Shown: positions 1-11,378 of the stretch, in pieces | Layout of the letters: each line of letters opens with the position of its first letter | Position numbering within the stretch: position 1 is the first letter of the stretch | Assembly: GCA_003990765.1 (NCBI GenBank) | Contig: RBNJ01000200.1 | Span: forward strand, 1 to 36,957 | DNA: 36,957 nt | Source of the DNA: Jimgerdemannia flammicorona | Lineage: Eukaryota | Direction: 5' to 3' | Program-made: the position numbers and the translations under genes | Notes under the pieces: generated by a model | Told to the model about the DNA's origin: nothing | Database searches by the model: none | The model's input: the letters and a program-made list of their open reading frames with translations, nothing else

Positions 1-32
<32 letters not shown>
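1..32 (+). repeat. Poly(A) run at the window edge (retroelement tail or sequence end)
   Basis: 32 consecutive A; upstream context is not visible. Confidence 0.8.
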
Positions 33-35
<3 letters not shown>

Positions 36-1434
36 GATATAGAGGGAGCTCTAGATGATTTATACTTAGATTCTTCTTTCTTAGTCTATGATTTTTCTTT
101 GTTATGGAGTTGTTTTTGAGGCAGAATTGGTCCAGCTGTTAAAATTTGCTTGACTATTGTCTTGATTCTAGCCAAGCATAATTGTTGGTGATTACAACTA
201 ATTGAGTAATCTTATTCTCAGATCTTTCTTTTGAGTCATTCTAGTAGTATATCAAATAAATGGTCTGCTCTTATACTATTTCATATATGATAATTAGTGA
301 TATATCTTAAGTCAATAGTGTTCAAAAGTGATTTAAGTTTTGTACAGAAGGTTTCAATTTTCTTCTTTTTATATGAGATTGCTGAGTTTAACTCAGGATT
401 TGGCAATCACAGTTTCACTACAATATTGAGCAATCATGAGCTGTTTGAGCCCAGAAGCTACTGGGTAGTCTCTATATTCAGAGATATTATTTGCTATATT
501 TTATATAATAACTACAGGTTAGATATCCCATGTGAGGAGTTTTTCAGAAAAGGTTTGCTATCATTCTTCAGTAGGTCCTTGGAAAAATGTAACAACTCAG
601 TAGACATAAGCTATGTTGGTAGCAAAGAGTGGTTCAGTAGTATAGTCTTAGTTGTTTATTAGAAGATAGATAGCAACATTCTCATTGATCTATTGATTGG
701 CTTTAAAATTAATATCTACTATACTAATGAAGCTTTGAACTTCTTTTACAGTATTATTAAAGATAGGTAGACTCAGGCTTTTAGTTGGTTAGGTCTGTTT
801 AGCTAAGGTAGTAATAGTTGCTATCATTATGGCTATCTGGGCCATAAGGTCTAAAATTTATTAATTTGTTATATTATTTATGAGAGGTGGTTGAACTACT
901 AATAGTGAAGTTACTGGTATGACTTGAGGTATTGGTCCAGAGTATGATGGTGTTCTCTGAATTTGTGTGAGTTGTAGAAGTAACTGTTGTGAGTCTGGTG
1001 TTTGAGCCTAATATATAATTGTCTATTATTCTGTAGGTATATTTTGTTCTGAGATAGGTATATCTCTTTCAGTAGTATATCTGGAGTTGAATTCAGTAAG
1101 ATACTCTACCTCTTCTTCACTTTGGTCTTGGTGTAGCTGGGTTTGTTCAGCATTAAAGTAAAAGATATCTGTTATATACTAAAGTTCTAATGAGCTTAAA
1201 TCAAAAGCTTCTTCAAGATCAGGTTCTGCTTCTAGTTCAGTTTTAGATTCAAGTAGAGTTCTAGCTATGCCTACTTCTGACTCAGAGTCTGATTATTGAT
1301 AAAGTATTTTTCTGCCTTCTTTTCTAAGAATTTAGCAGGCCTTGCAATTCTGGAAATAGTAGTATAGGGCAGTTTTGATCCAGGTATGGTAATTGTCAGT
1401 AGAGTTGAGCTATTTGGCTATAGAGATTTGACTT
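33..1434 (-). pseudogene. Heavily decayed LTR-retrotransposon gag-like remnant
   Basis: The minus frame reads VVTFFQGPTEE**QTF...LKQLMIAQY...KS*VKLSNLI*K, resembling a retrotransposon gag core. It has many stops and essentially no CpG. Confidence 0.4.
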
Positions 1435-2998
1435 TGTAAGATACTAAGACTTGGAAGATAGCTGCTGGTTGCCCTAGATTGCTCTGATTTGTAGAGTTTA
1501 TCAAACTCTTATTGAAAAGAGTAAAGAAGACTTCTATAAGACTTTTTTTATCTTGACTTGCAGAGTATAGAGTAAGGAGAGAGTTTTGTCTATCTGCAAA
1601 TTTAATTGAGGTACTTCTTTATATATATAAAGCTTATCTCACTTATTACAGATGTGAAGGTCTAATTGTCCTTATACATTAGGTTCAATTTGCTCCAGAT
1701 TATCAGAAGGTTGAGATAAATTCCAGTTCAGCAGTTGGACTTTATACGAACTTATAGGAATTTCTACAGGGGGTTATAGCTGAGTAAGAAAGTATCTTGA
1801 AGCAGAATTGGATTGAAAACCACTACTATTAAGTTATAAGAGGGTACTTTATTAGAGTACTATTATATAGTTCTAGAAGGGTGTTCTGGGAGTTTTGGAT
1901 ATTCTGCAAGGCTATTTTCTTAAGATTAAGATCAATTTCATTCTCTATGCTTATTGATTTTAAAATTGGGTTAATAACTCAACTAAAGTCCTTTCTCAGA
2001 CTTGTTCTAAATATTCTTATTTCAGAAAGTTCAAGAAACAAGACCAGCTTAGTTGAATTGGTATATTGTTACAGACAATACCCAATTAGGAAATTTCTAG
2101 ATCTAGTTAAGAGTGAGATCTAATATTGTAAAAAGTAATTTGTGGATTATTAAATAGATTTATTCACTATTCATAATATTATTATTGACTAATACTAGGA
2201 GTAATATGTGAAGGAATATTTGTGTGGGGAAGTGTTTGTCTAATTCTTATCAGTATTCTGATCTGAGTTTCTGAGGTCCAGAGAAGAGAGTATTTATACT
2301 AATGGGAGGCTATCTAGACTAGGCTAAATATGGATACATATAGCACTTTTAGTACTTGATAAGTCAGAATACTATCATATAGTATAAGTATAAACTGATA
2401 TATCAAGAGATTGAAAGACTGATAAGTTAGAATATAGTTATATACTATAAGGATAATCTAACTATACTAATGACTGATAAGGAATTTATAGATTTAGATA
2501 CTATCTGGATACTTTTCAATAAAGCCACTATCAATTATATTATTTCTGATAAAGTAGTCATCTAGAAAGTGTGATTCTTGGATTATTTCTTCTTATTCAT
2601 TTATATAGTAGTATATTGGAGCAAAGTTGTTATCCTACAGAATAGTATCATCTGTCTCATATACTGAATATATTGTTGGTAGGCAGAAAAGAGATATATC
2701 ATCTTTACTTTCATCAGATTAACTATCAGCATACTTTCAGTAGGTTATGGTACTATGTATTGTAGAGTTATAGTAAGCTAGTAGTTGTTCTTCATATTAC
2801 TTATATAGAGTTATTAGTTCTATCTTAAGAGTACAGATGGTATTCTTCTATTTCTTCATTATAGTTAAAATAGTAAGATATAAATATAGATTGGTACTCA
2901 TGTTAGTGGTCATTATCTCAATAGTTCTTATAGATAGTTATGAACTATTGTAGGTCTATTAGTAAAGTTGGCAGAAAAATCAGAGTTGGCAGGGATCT

Positions 2999-3805
2999 TT
3001 AACTGAAAGTTATTTCTGTATCAGAGGGGTCATTGTCTTCTGCATTATCATTATTGAACTAGATTATATTATAGATATCCTTTATGATATATCCAACTTG
3101 AGACATTTGAAGTATGTGGTCATCTGGATATAGAAAGGGTCTGTCTATAGTTTGGGTATACTTAATATATTTCTGATTGAGTTCTTACACTATGTCATTG
3201 ATTTGGCTATAGGTCAGAGAGGTAACTATTTCAGTAGCAGTAACTTAGAAATAGAGAATAAAGATACTGTATTTATAGAAATATTCCCAGTATTTATAGA
3301 CAATGAGTTTCTGATATTGTAATATCTCAGTAATATCTATATCATGATAGTGGTTAACCATATCTTCCAGAAGGCAGCTGATTTGATAGTAGCTTGAGAT
3401 TTACCCAATTTGGTAGACCTTACTAAGTATGTTTAAGATATTTTATCATATTTCTAAAAATTAGAGGGGTGCTAATCTATGGATATTTATAAGAGATAAA
3501 GATACTATAGCCTAATTGACAATGGTATTCCAAATGTCAGCATAGATGTAGTTGTAAACTTCAGTAATTATAGTTGGTTATATATTTAAGAATTGTAATT
3601 ATTTTTTTAGTTTGTTATAGTTCTTTATTTAATATGTTATATATTTGATATGTAGCTTTTGATCTTGATTAGTAAGGTTCTATTTTTATATATATATCTT
3701 ATATTTCATAACTTCAAATTGTCTCAGCTTCATAATCTGTAACTTTAGTTTCACTTAACTTTATAATCTTATATATGATTTCTGGATTTTTTCTGAGAGT
3801 GACAT
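2999..3805 (-). pseudogene. Decayed 269-codon ORF related to the Gypsy 3' accessory ORF at 10866-11378
   Basis: ATG at 3805 to TAA at 2999 stays in one frame with many internal stops. Segment 3469-3359 aligns without gaps to 11279-11169. Confidence 0.5.
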
Positions 3806-3989
3806 ATGATTTTAGTGGCTTAGAGTTTGTGCACTTATACTGTAGCAAGAATAGATCAGGATTCAGTCCCCTCAGCTAGCAGAAAATGTTCTGATACCTC
3901 ACTGTCCACTATAATCTATTGATATTTATAGAGAAGATCTTAGTTATACTATTTATATTGAATAATATTTATAGAAGATTGTCTCATTC

Positions 3990-5505
3990 TCCAATTCTAT
4001 AATTACTCTATTACTGCTACATCTAAGTTTCTCTTAGCCAGAAGTTCAGCCTCCTCCTTCTGCAGAGTATTTAGAGCTGCCAATATCTTCCAACAGTTCT
4101 CCTTATCCTAGATCTCTATAGATGTCCTATATTTCTTACACACTATCTGCTATTTCACCAATCTCTACCTCAGGCTCTACAAAAAGCTATATGGTATTAG
4201 TAATCTCCAATAGTACTATCTTCTTTTTCTGAATGACCTCATACTCTTTCTCCTATAGTAAAGCTACCAACAACTCATCTCTTAGCTTATATATCATCTC
4301 TTTATCTTACATTATATCTTTCTGATATGTATATCTTATTAATAATATGGAAATCAATCCCCTCTAACTTATTAGCTACAATATTCATCAGTGTCTTCTA
4401 CAGCTACTTCACATCTCCAACTCCCTCCTTCCCCTGGTTCAACTTCTGATTTCTGACCCCTGGGCCCTTCTAAACATTGCTCACACTAACTAATCCCAGC
4501 CCTCCTTGGACACATCCTGTAACTCATCTCTTCTCTCTACTGCTGAGACCCCAAACTGGACCTGAGCCCCTTCTTCCATTACTATATCTTTAACTACTAT
4601 ACTCTATCTATGAGCTATGCCCTCTCCAGACCTCTTTTATATAATGTTACCATCTCTCTTGTCTAGATACTGGCCCTTAACCCAGCTATCTCAGTATTTC
4701 CTATTACTTTCAAGCTTCTCTCTAACTTACCAACAACTCTTTCTGTTGCTGCTTTCCCTATACTCTCTTCTAAGTAGTCTGATCCAGGTACACTCTCTTG
4801 CTATTAATAATTTTCACTATTGTCTTAGCTTCATACTTCTTCTAAGCCAGCTATCTCCTCTCTACTACCTCTGTTATATCCTTCAGTATCTCTAGCAAGT
4901 TCTCCTCCTTCTTGAGAGACTTCTTCACCTTTGATACCTTATACTCCACTAGACTCCACTTCAGTACCACTGGATAATTTCTCTCTTTTTCCTATATTCT
5001 CCTTCTCCGCCAACTATATCTGGACATCTATATCACCTATTTGGAAATCTATACCCTCTCAGACCTAGAATCCAATATCTATAACATCTCTATACTCCTT
5101 GACTATATCAATAATTAGCTTTCTGGTATTCTTCTTCTTCTCTATAAGAATATTAATAACTATTAGCTGAACCATTTATAGGTCTAAATACAGATATCTT
5201 GCCATAGGCACCATCATATCCCTGACTATCACTCCCTTCTCCAGCATTACTATCATCAGATCCTCCTTCTCAAATCCCACCTCAATCCTTTCAAACTCCT
5301 TCAGAAACTTCACTGAGGTAGCTCCTTTCACCTTCTGAGTCAGTAGTCTCAGAATCAGCTTAGCTGTAATAGCTAAGCCTTAGAAGTACAGAGTGATAGC
5401 AAATTTAGACACAAATTTCTTGAGTAATAGTACTGCCACCAGATCTATTATATATACTATCAGCCAGATCTCTAGGCCTTATGCTACTCTCTAGCTTAGA
5501 CCTTT
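3990..5505 (-). mobile_element. LINE ORF1 fragment, same family as the LINE at 29870-35100
   Basis: Minus translation LLLKKFVSKFAITLYF*GLAITAKLILRLLTQKVKGATSVKFLKEFERIEVGFE matches LLLKKSISEFIVILCFCGLVVIAKIVLRLITKQIDSAVSVKFLRGLKGVEVGFE at about 30355-30520. Confidence 0.85.
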
Positions 5506-6699
5506 CATCAACTATATATCTGAATTTTTTGCCCAATAGAGAGATCTTAGAGATAATTAATTCCTCTTTTCTACTAGATTTTAGGGCTTCTATAAAGTTG
5601 TTGGTATCTTCAACTCATTCTTAATAAGTTTTATATCTAATAAGGGATAGGATATTATCTTATAGATTATAGATCTTAAGGGTCTTTTTCTTGGATTTCT
5701 TGGTCTAGTTTCTTTAGATTCAAGCTCTGTTATCTCTCTTCTTTAATGTATGTGTAGTAATATCTGGGCTGAGGTGAATCTTCTGGTGTTAGCAGTCTTG
5801 GTAGTCTGAATATTTTCCATGATTGCAATATCTCATTGCTTGAAAATGCAGTTCTTAGCTATTGATTTCTTACTATTTTAGAAATCAGTATCTATTCTTA
5901 TTATTTGGAGGAAGGGTGGCCAGAGGCTATATCTCTGTTCAGATGAAGAGGTCTTGTCTATTGGCTCATCTTTACAATATTATAGTTATTTCTTAAATAG
6001 TAGTGATCTGTATAATTATAATTATATATAGATCCTGATCTAGAGTATCTTTATCTTTCTTACTGATCCAATAAATGACACTGATAGCTGTAGTCTTGAA
6101 GAGAGTAGAAGACATTTTGATGCTAATATCTCTCTAGCTAAAAGGCTTGTTTCTGGTATATTTCTTATCTTTATCAAAGAGTGACTATACTTGGTCCTTC
6201 TTCAATATTCTACAAATTATTGTCTTCTAATAGTGTTCAGTAAAAGTCATTCTAGAGAATGAGTTCAGGGAGCTTCTTCTGTTTAGAAATCTCTTGTCCA
6301 GGGGTTTTTTCTTTAGATGTTTCTTGATCCCAAATTGCTTACACTTCTGTCACTTCACTTATAGGTGTTTTTGAAGTATGCTCACATTTTTCCTTTCTTT
6401 TTCTGTACTCAGGGTAGGCTGTATCAGGTGAATTCCTTCTTCTAATAATCTTGGAGGAATGTTCAGAGCACTTGTGTCTTTTGAGACAGATGGAATATTC
6501 TTTGATTTGTCTTGCAATAATTTCAATTATGATAGAGATAGTTCCTATATATTGTCTTCTGGCCTATCATCTATTAGGTTGATTTATAGATTATATCTGG
6601 GGTCAATCCTATCTCCTTCTTCTTCTTCTTCTTCTTCTATAGTAGATTGCTCACTGCTGGCATATTCTGCCTATATAGTGATCTTTTTCTTTTGCTTTA

Positions 6700-7050
6700 A
6701 CTGCTCATAGCTGATGATTTTGATTTAATATTTTTATCCTCTATAGTCAAATTTGATTATCTATTGGCTAATGTCAATGACAATATTTATTTCTTTCATC
6801 AAGTTGGTACCAAGGATCATATTATAGGTGACAGCTTTAGTAATGACAGCCTTTGAGATAGAAAACTTAATATATCCTAGAGAGATAGTGATATTTCATA
6901 CTTCTCCAAGGGATTGAGTTCAGGCTTCATCTGCCACTATAATTCTGAGGTTAGATAGTTCATCAATGGGCCACTAGAGGGTGTCTAGGAATCATTTAGT
7001 AATGATACAGACAGCTCCTTCTTTATCAATGAGGATATTTTTTAACTTTT
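6700..7050 (-). pseudogene. Retropepsin aspartic protease of element A
   Basis: NILIDKEGAVCIITK*FLDTL*WPIDELSNLRIIVAD...SLGEV*NITISLG...LGTN; homologous to the plus-strand copy at about 23590-23765. Confidence 0.75.
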
Positions 7051-7649
7051 GTCTTCTAATATCTCTATGCAGATATGTACTGATACATAGGTCTTTCTGT
7101 AGTCTGTATAGTGGTTGGAGCTGATTCTTATTGTGGGATTGGGACTTGGCTAGTGGTGGATCTAGTGGTTCTCAGTAATATATTTCAGACTCCAGCTGAT
7201 GTCAGTTGTAGGAACTACAAGAGAGGGACCTCTATCTTAACTTCTTGAATCTTTTTCAAGACTTTATTATAGATATCTAGAGATATAATCTTTGGGATAT
7301 ATATCTTCTTGGGCTTTGGAGCAATAGACTTCTGTTCTTTTTACTCTATTTCTTCATCTTCTGAAGGTAGTTCAACTATTTCAAAATCCAAAGATAAGAG
7401 AGACCAGAGAGGTGTTTCTATCTGCTTCTTTATACTCTTCATCTACTTCTGGAATAATTCTTCTGCTGATATTTCTGGATGACCTTCCTATAGATCTCTT
7501 CCTTTTCTCTACTGAGTAGACTGTCTTCTTAGTGATGACCTTAGCTAGGTATAGGTCTAGATCACTGTTATCTTTACTAATGATTTCTTTTTCAAAGTCT
7601 TCAACAGGATAGACTTCAGTCTTCTTTATTTTTTTGATTTAGTGGTTCT

Positions 7650-9050
7650 GAGTTCCTTTCATCACTTTTTTTGTTGTTATATTCTATAGTATAGTATCCA
7701 AACTATTCTTAGTAGAAGCATTGGACTTGAACTCTATCTCAGACAGAATACCTTCTTTCTTCTTATAGCTGATAACTCCTGTTGCCTCTGAGTGGGTAAT
7801 CTTGATTCCTTCATAGTGTATACTCTCTGTTGATCTGTAGATAGTTCTGATTTTCATATGTAGTGAGTTATTCAATTTGCTCAACCAATTGGTCTAACTT
7901 AGAATTGAAATCTGAAATTTCATTTCTCTCTTTCTTCTATTTCTTAGCTGGCTTTTCTTCTTCAGGTCTTCTCTATCCTTAGAGGAGTCTTTGCAGGTTT
8001 TTAATCAGAAGATCTTTCTTATCATCCTTTTTGTCATAATTACTCTAGGTAGTTCCTTATCTGATATCAAAAAATCCTTAGACTATATCTACTTGTTCTT
8101 CAGGTCTTTTAATGTCTAGGATGTGAATATGCTGAATAATATTTAAGAGAATTTTATTTATGAAAATCATTAGACCTATGATGTCTTGATTAGTGGTATT
8201 AAATCTAGCTATATATATTTATTTTTAAATTCTAGTGAAGAATACTCTGAGTGATTCTCTGAGATTCATCTTCATCTCAATGATAGATTCTTAGACCTTA
8301 TGCCAGGTTTTATTTTCTGCATATTTCTCAATAAACTAATAGGTCATAACATTATATTTTATTTTCCAGATTACTACTATATAGATAGTTATTCCAAAAT
8401 CTGAGTGTGCATCTCATGCTACTTAATTGAAAATTCACCTGGCTAGTTCTCTAAGTTGGACTTTGTAAATGGCAATTTTTCTCTCTGTAGAGAGGTTCTT
8501 CAGAGCTATGATTACTTCAATTTCATCAAGAAATTCCCTTGGGTCTTCATTTGAGTATCTTGCAAAGGTTGATATTGAGGTGGTTATTTTATTATCACAT
8601 CTTCTAGTTCTGATTCTGATTCTAATTCTGATTCTGGTTCTGGTTTTGATTTGTCTTCTGAATTATTACTGGAACTTAGAATGCTTGGGTATCCTAAGAA
8701 TAATATTGCTGATCCTAGGTAAGGTGCAGTGAGTCTAGATAACCTTGAAGAGGCTATTCTTGATCTTTCCGATTCTGTGACAGCTGGTTCTGATAGTGGT
8801 TCAATGGTAGAGACTGGTGGATCTTCTAAAGAAAACTGGGTCCATATAATGAGATCTTCAAGTTCTTATATAAGCTTATTGAAGTTTCTGATAAAGCTAT
8901 CCATATTATCTAAATACTTGGTAATAGTAAATCTATTGGTACTATTTGAGAGTTCTGTTATACTGGCTCCTAGCTGGGATCCTTCTGATACTAGATAATT
9001 GGTAAATCTTGAGGTAATTACTTCTCTTCCTGTCCAATGACTGGTTCTCC
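7650..9050 (-). pseudogene. gag of element A with decayed CCHC knuckle
   Basis: QCFY*E*FGYYTIEY near 7680-7722 fits CX2CX4HX4C spacing with CAC->TAC and TGT->TAT changes. A hexamer repeat lies at about 8608-8650. Confidence 0.7.
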
Positions 9051-9158
9051 TATAGTGGTAAAGATTGATATTATATCAAATATATCCAGTTTGATTGTAT
9101 ATCCTTGTGAGCTAAAAAGTTATATAGATTTTAAAATCTTCCCAGTTGAGTATGCAAA

Positions 9159-9490
9159 TATAATATACTGGCTCAATAAAAGAAAATTACAAGATTGAGA
9201 GTTGATGTGGTTTGGCTTGAACCCTTAGTTTCTTTGTTAAAAGCAACAAAATATTCTAATATTTATTGTTAGTATTTAGCAGTATAATTCAAATCTGGAT
9301 AATGTAGTCAATTCTGGCAGATTTTCTTAATAAGATAGTTCTTGGGTACAAGTTGTAATTTGTATATAGTGTGAGCAGTTTCCTTATATGGGTTGATCTG
9401 ATAATTAAGTAATTTCTTTCTTGAGTGGTAGATGATCTCATAATGATTGTCAAAAGTATGTGATTTCTATTAGTAGTATTCCTTATATAG
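9159..9490 (-). repeat. Truncated old LTR (5' LTR of element A), same family as 9491-10825
   Basis: TATAATATACTGGCTCAATAAAAGAAAATTACAAG aligns to TGTAACATGCCTGGCTCAATAGAGGCAAATTACAAG at 9491. Confidence 0.9.
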
Positions 9491-10825
9491 TGTAACATGC
9501 CTGGCTCAATAGAGGCAAATTACAAGGTTGGGGGTTGATGTAGTTTGGCTTGAGCCCCCAGTTACTTTGTTAAAAGCAACAAAATGTTCTTGGTGTTTAG
9601 TGGTATAATAGTCAAGACTGGATATCTGCGAGCAGTTTGTATGTCAATTCCTAATTGGGATGGTTCTCTGGGTGTAGCAGCAATTTTGTATATGTGGCGC
9701 GGGCGTTCTCCAAAAGTATGCAATTTCTGCATGACAATCTTGTGTAGCGCGATGGTCTCCAAAAGTATGCGATTTCTGGTATGACGATCTTGTGTAGCGT
9801 GACGATCTCTGTGTAGTGCGACGGATTCCTTATGCATGACGATCTGGCAATTTGACAGTTTCCTTCATGGGTGACGATCTCCAAAAGTATGCGATTTCTG
9901 GTGAATAACTCGATTTGGCACGGATTCTCCTGAAATGGCTCACTGGGAATAGAACTGGTGGCGGACTCTTCCTAAGTCAGTGGCTTACTGGGAATAGAGG
10001 GTGGCACCAGTTCTTCAGCACCGGGCTCACTGGGAACAGATAAATAACTTGGCGGCAGGTAACTCGGATAACTGCAGATAACTTCAGATAACTTGGATAA
10101 CTCGGATAACTCGGATGTCGCGGATTCTACCTGAATCGGTGGGCTTCTGGGAAATAACTCGGGTGGCGCGGGTTCTTGGCAAGTTACGTCAAAGACTGGC
10201 TTCGTTTGCGAGAATGAATCACTGCGAAGTTGCATCTAATAGCTTGTGGCAAGGTTCCTTATAGCAGGCTCTCTGGGAATGTGGGTAACTTCTTCAGGCT
10301 TATCTGGCAAGCAAACCAAAATGTAGAGGCTTATTCCTTAAGCAGTGGATTTCTCTTTGAAAGGCAGCGAAGTTCTTCCTTGAACTTGGTGGCAAATCTT
10401 CAGGCTTATCTGGCAAGCAAACCAAAAATGTAACAAACTCTTCTTTGTATCAGAAAGTGGACTGGAGTGGAAAGGGGACCAATGCTCAATCTTTAGAGGC
10501 TTCTTTGGTATTTGTATTTGGGACAGAGGTTTATTCACTCTTATCTCTGGGGTATTTTATACATTGTGGTTGCTATCTCATTATTATGTTGCTAATTATA
10601 GATTGCTAACTATGGCAAGTATTCTTTGAGGGTACAGTATACCTGGAGGGTACAGTGTACCTTGAGAGTATGGTGTACCTGGAGGGTATAGGTAAACATA
10701 CTGTTTCTGGTATCTCTGGCTAAATATACAGGTTGCACAGTAAAGCAGTCTTGGTTTCTTAGTGCACTAGATATAGTATATGGCTAATTTATGATTTCAG
10801 TGATGCAATTCTGTTGCTCATCACA
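9491..10825 (-). repeat. Complete ~1.33 kb 3' LTR of Gypsy element B, with internal tandem subrepeats
   Basis: Minus-strand termini are TGTGA...TTACA, preceded by a purine-rich tract. Homologous copies lie at 9159-9490, 22668-23399 and 24188-25176. Confidence 0.9.
10530..10561 (-). promoter_or_regulatory. LTR TATA box (TATAAAAT, 10561-10554) followed by AATAAA (10535-10530)
   Basis: Both motifs are conserved at equivalent positions in the LTR copies near 23098-23131 and 24450-24483. Confidence 0.6.
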
Positions 10826-10837
10826 TCAGCCCCTACT
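10826..10837 (-). other. Polypurine tract of element B
   Basis: Minus strand AGTAGGGGCTGA directly abuts the LTR start TGTG. Confidence 0.7.
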
Positions 10838-10865
10838 AAAGAGTAGTCTGTCCTCAGATAATCCT

Positions 10866-11378
10866 TTAGTCATCATCTCAATGTATATAAGTATCTTCAG
10901 CATCAATACCTGAACTGATATCTTCATTTGGGTCAGAGTCACTCTATTTAACAGATTCTTCTTCTTCCTCTGGAAACAGGATCTCAACATAGTTGATAAT
11001 GCTCCAGTAGGTGGCAGGGTTCATGTTTTGGATGTTATTCAAGAGGAATTGTACCTGTGTCAATGCTGGGACATTTCATTTGTAGATTGTATATAATCTG
11101 TCTGCAGTAGTGATATTTTTTCAGATAAGGCCAGTGGAGTTTCTGATGTAGGTCAGGTCTGCTGTTAGGAGGTTCTGCAACTGTTCTCCAATTGCATAGT
11201 AGGCCTGCAGCTAGTGGACTTATAGTAAATATCTGGCCAAGATGAGGTTCTCTTGATGGGCCTAGATTTTCTGAAGGGGGTTTCCATTGCCTTATTGGAA
11301 TTGTGGAAAGGAAACTGAGAGTGATTGGAATGAACTCAGGACAAGGGTCTGGAGGTACTGGTCAATTGTCTGATTCAT
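10866..11378 (-). pseudogene. Accessory 170-aa ORF between integrase and PPT of element B, function unknown
   Basis: ATG 11378 to TAA 10866 is 171 codons with no frameshift and 8 internal stops, each revertible by one transition. It has an acidic C-terminus and a homolog at about 23785-24155. Confidence 0.7.

Larger units (their letters stand above)
5506..9490 (-). mobile_element. Ty3/Gypsy element A: partial 5' LTR, gag, protease and long post-protease spacer; truncated before RT
   Basis: LTR-homologous sequence at 9159-9490; gag with TFARYSNEDPREFLDEIE and a decayed zinc knuckle; protease ILIDKEGAVCII...VLGTN. Confidence 0.8.

Noticed and set aside
1435..2500. Possible LTRs starting TGTAAG (1435) and TGTGAAGG (1653, 2207)
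   Set aside because: No second copy, PBS or PPT is available to fix boundaries, so they are not called.
297..8998. Plus-strand ORFs in the track (297, 1881, 4617, 6459, 8469, 8729)
   Set aside because: No protein motifs; most are antisense shadows of decayed minus-strand retroelement frames.
9138..9158. Possible tRNA-Gly primer site after LTR A (minus strand TTTGCATACTCAACTGGGAA)
   Set aside because: Lacks the TGG start and matches only loosely.
9562..10538. Short ORFs and CRISPR-like periodic repeats inside LTR B
   Set aside because: Repeats are degenerate with non-unique spacers, there are no cas genes and the context is eukaryotic. The ORFs arise from repeat structure.
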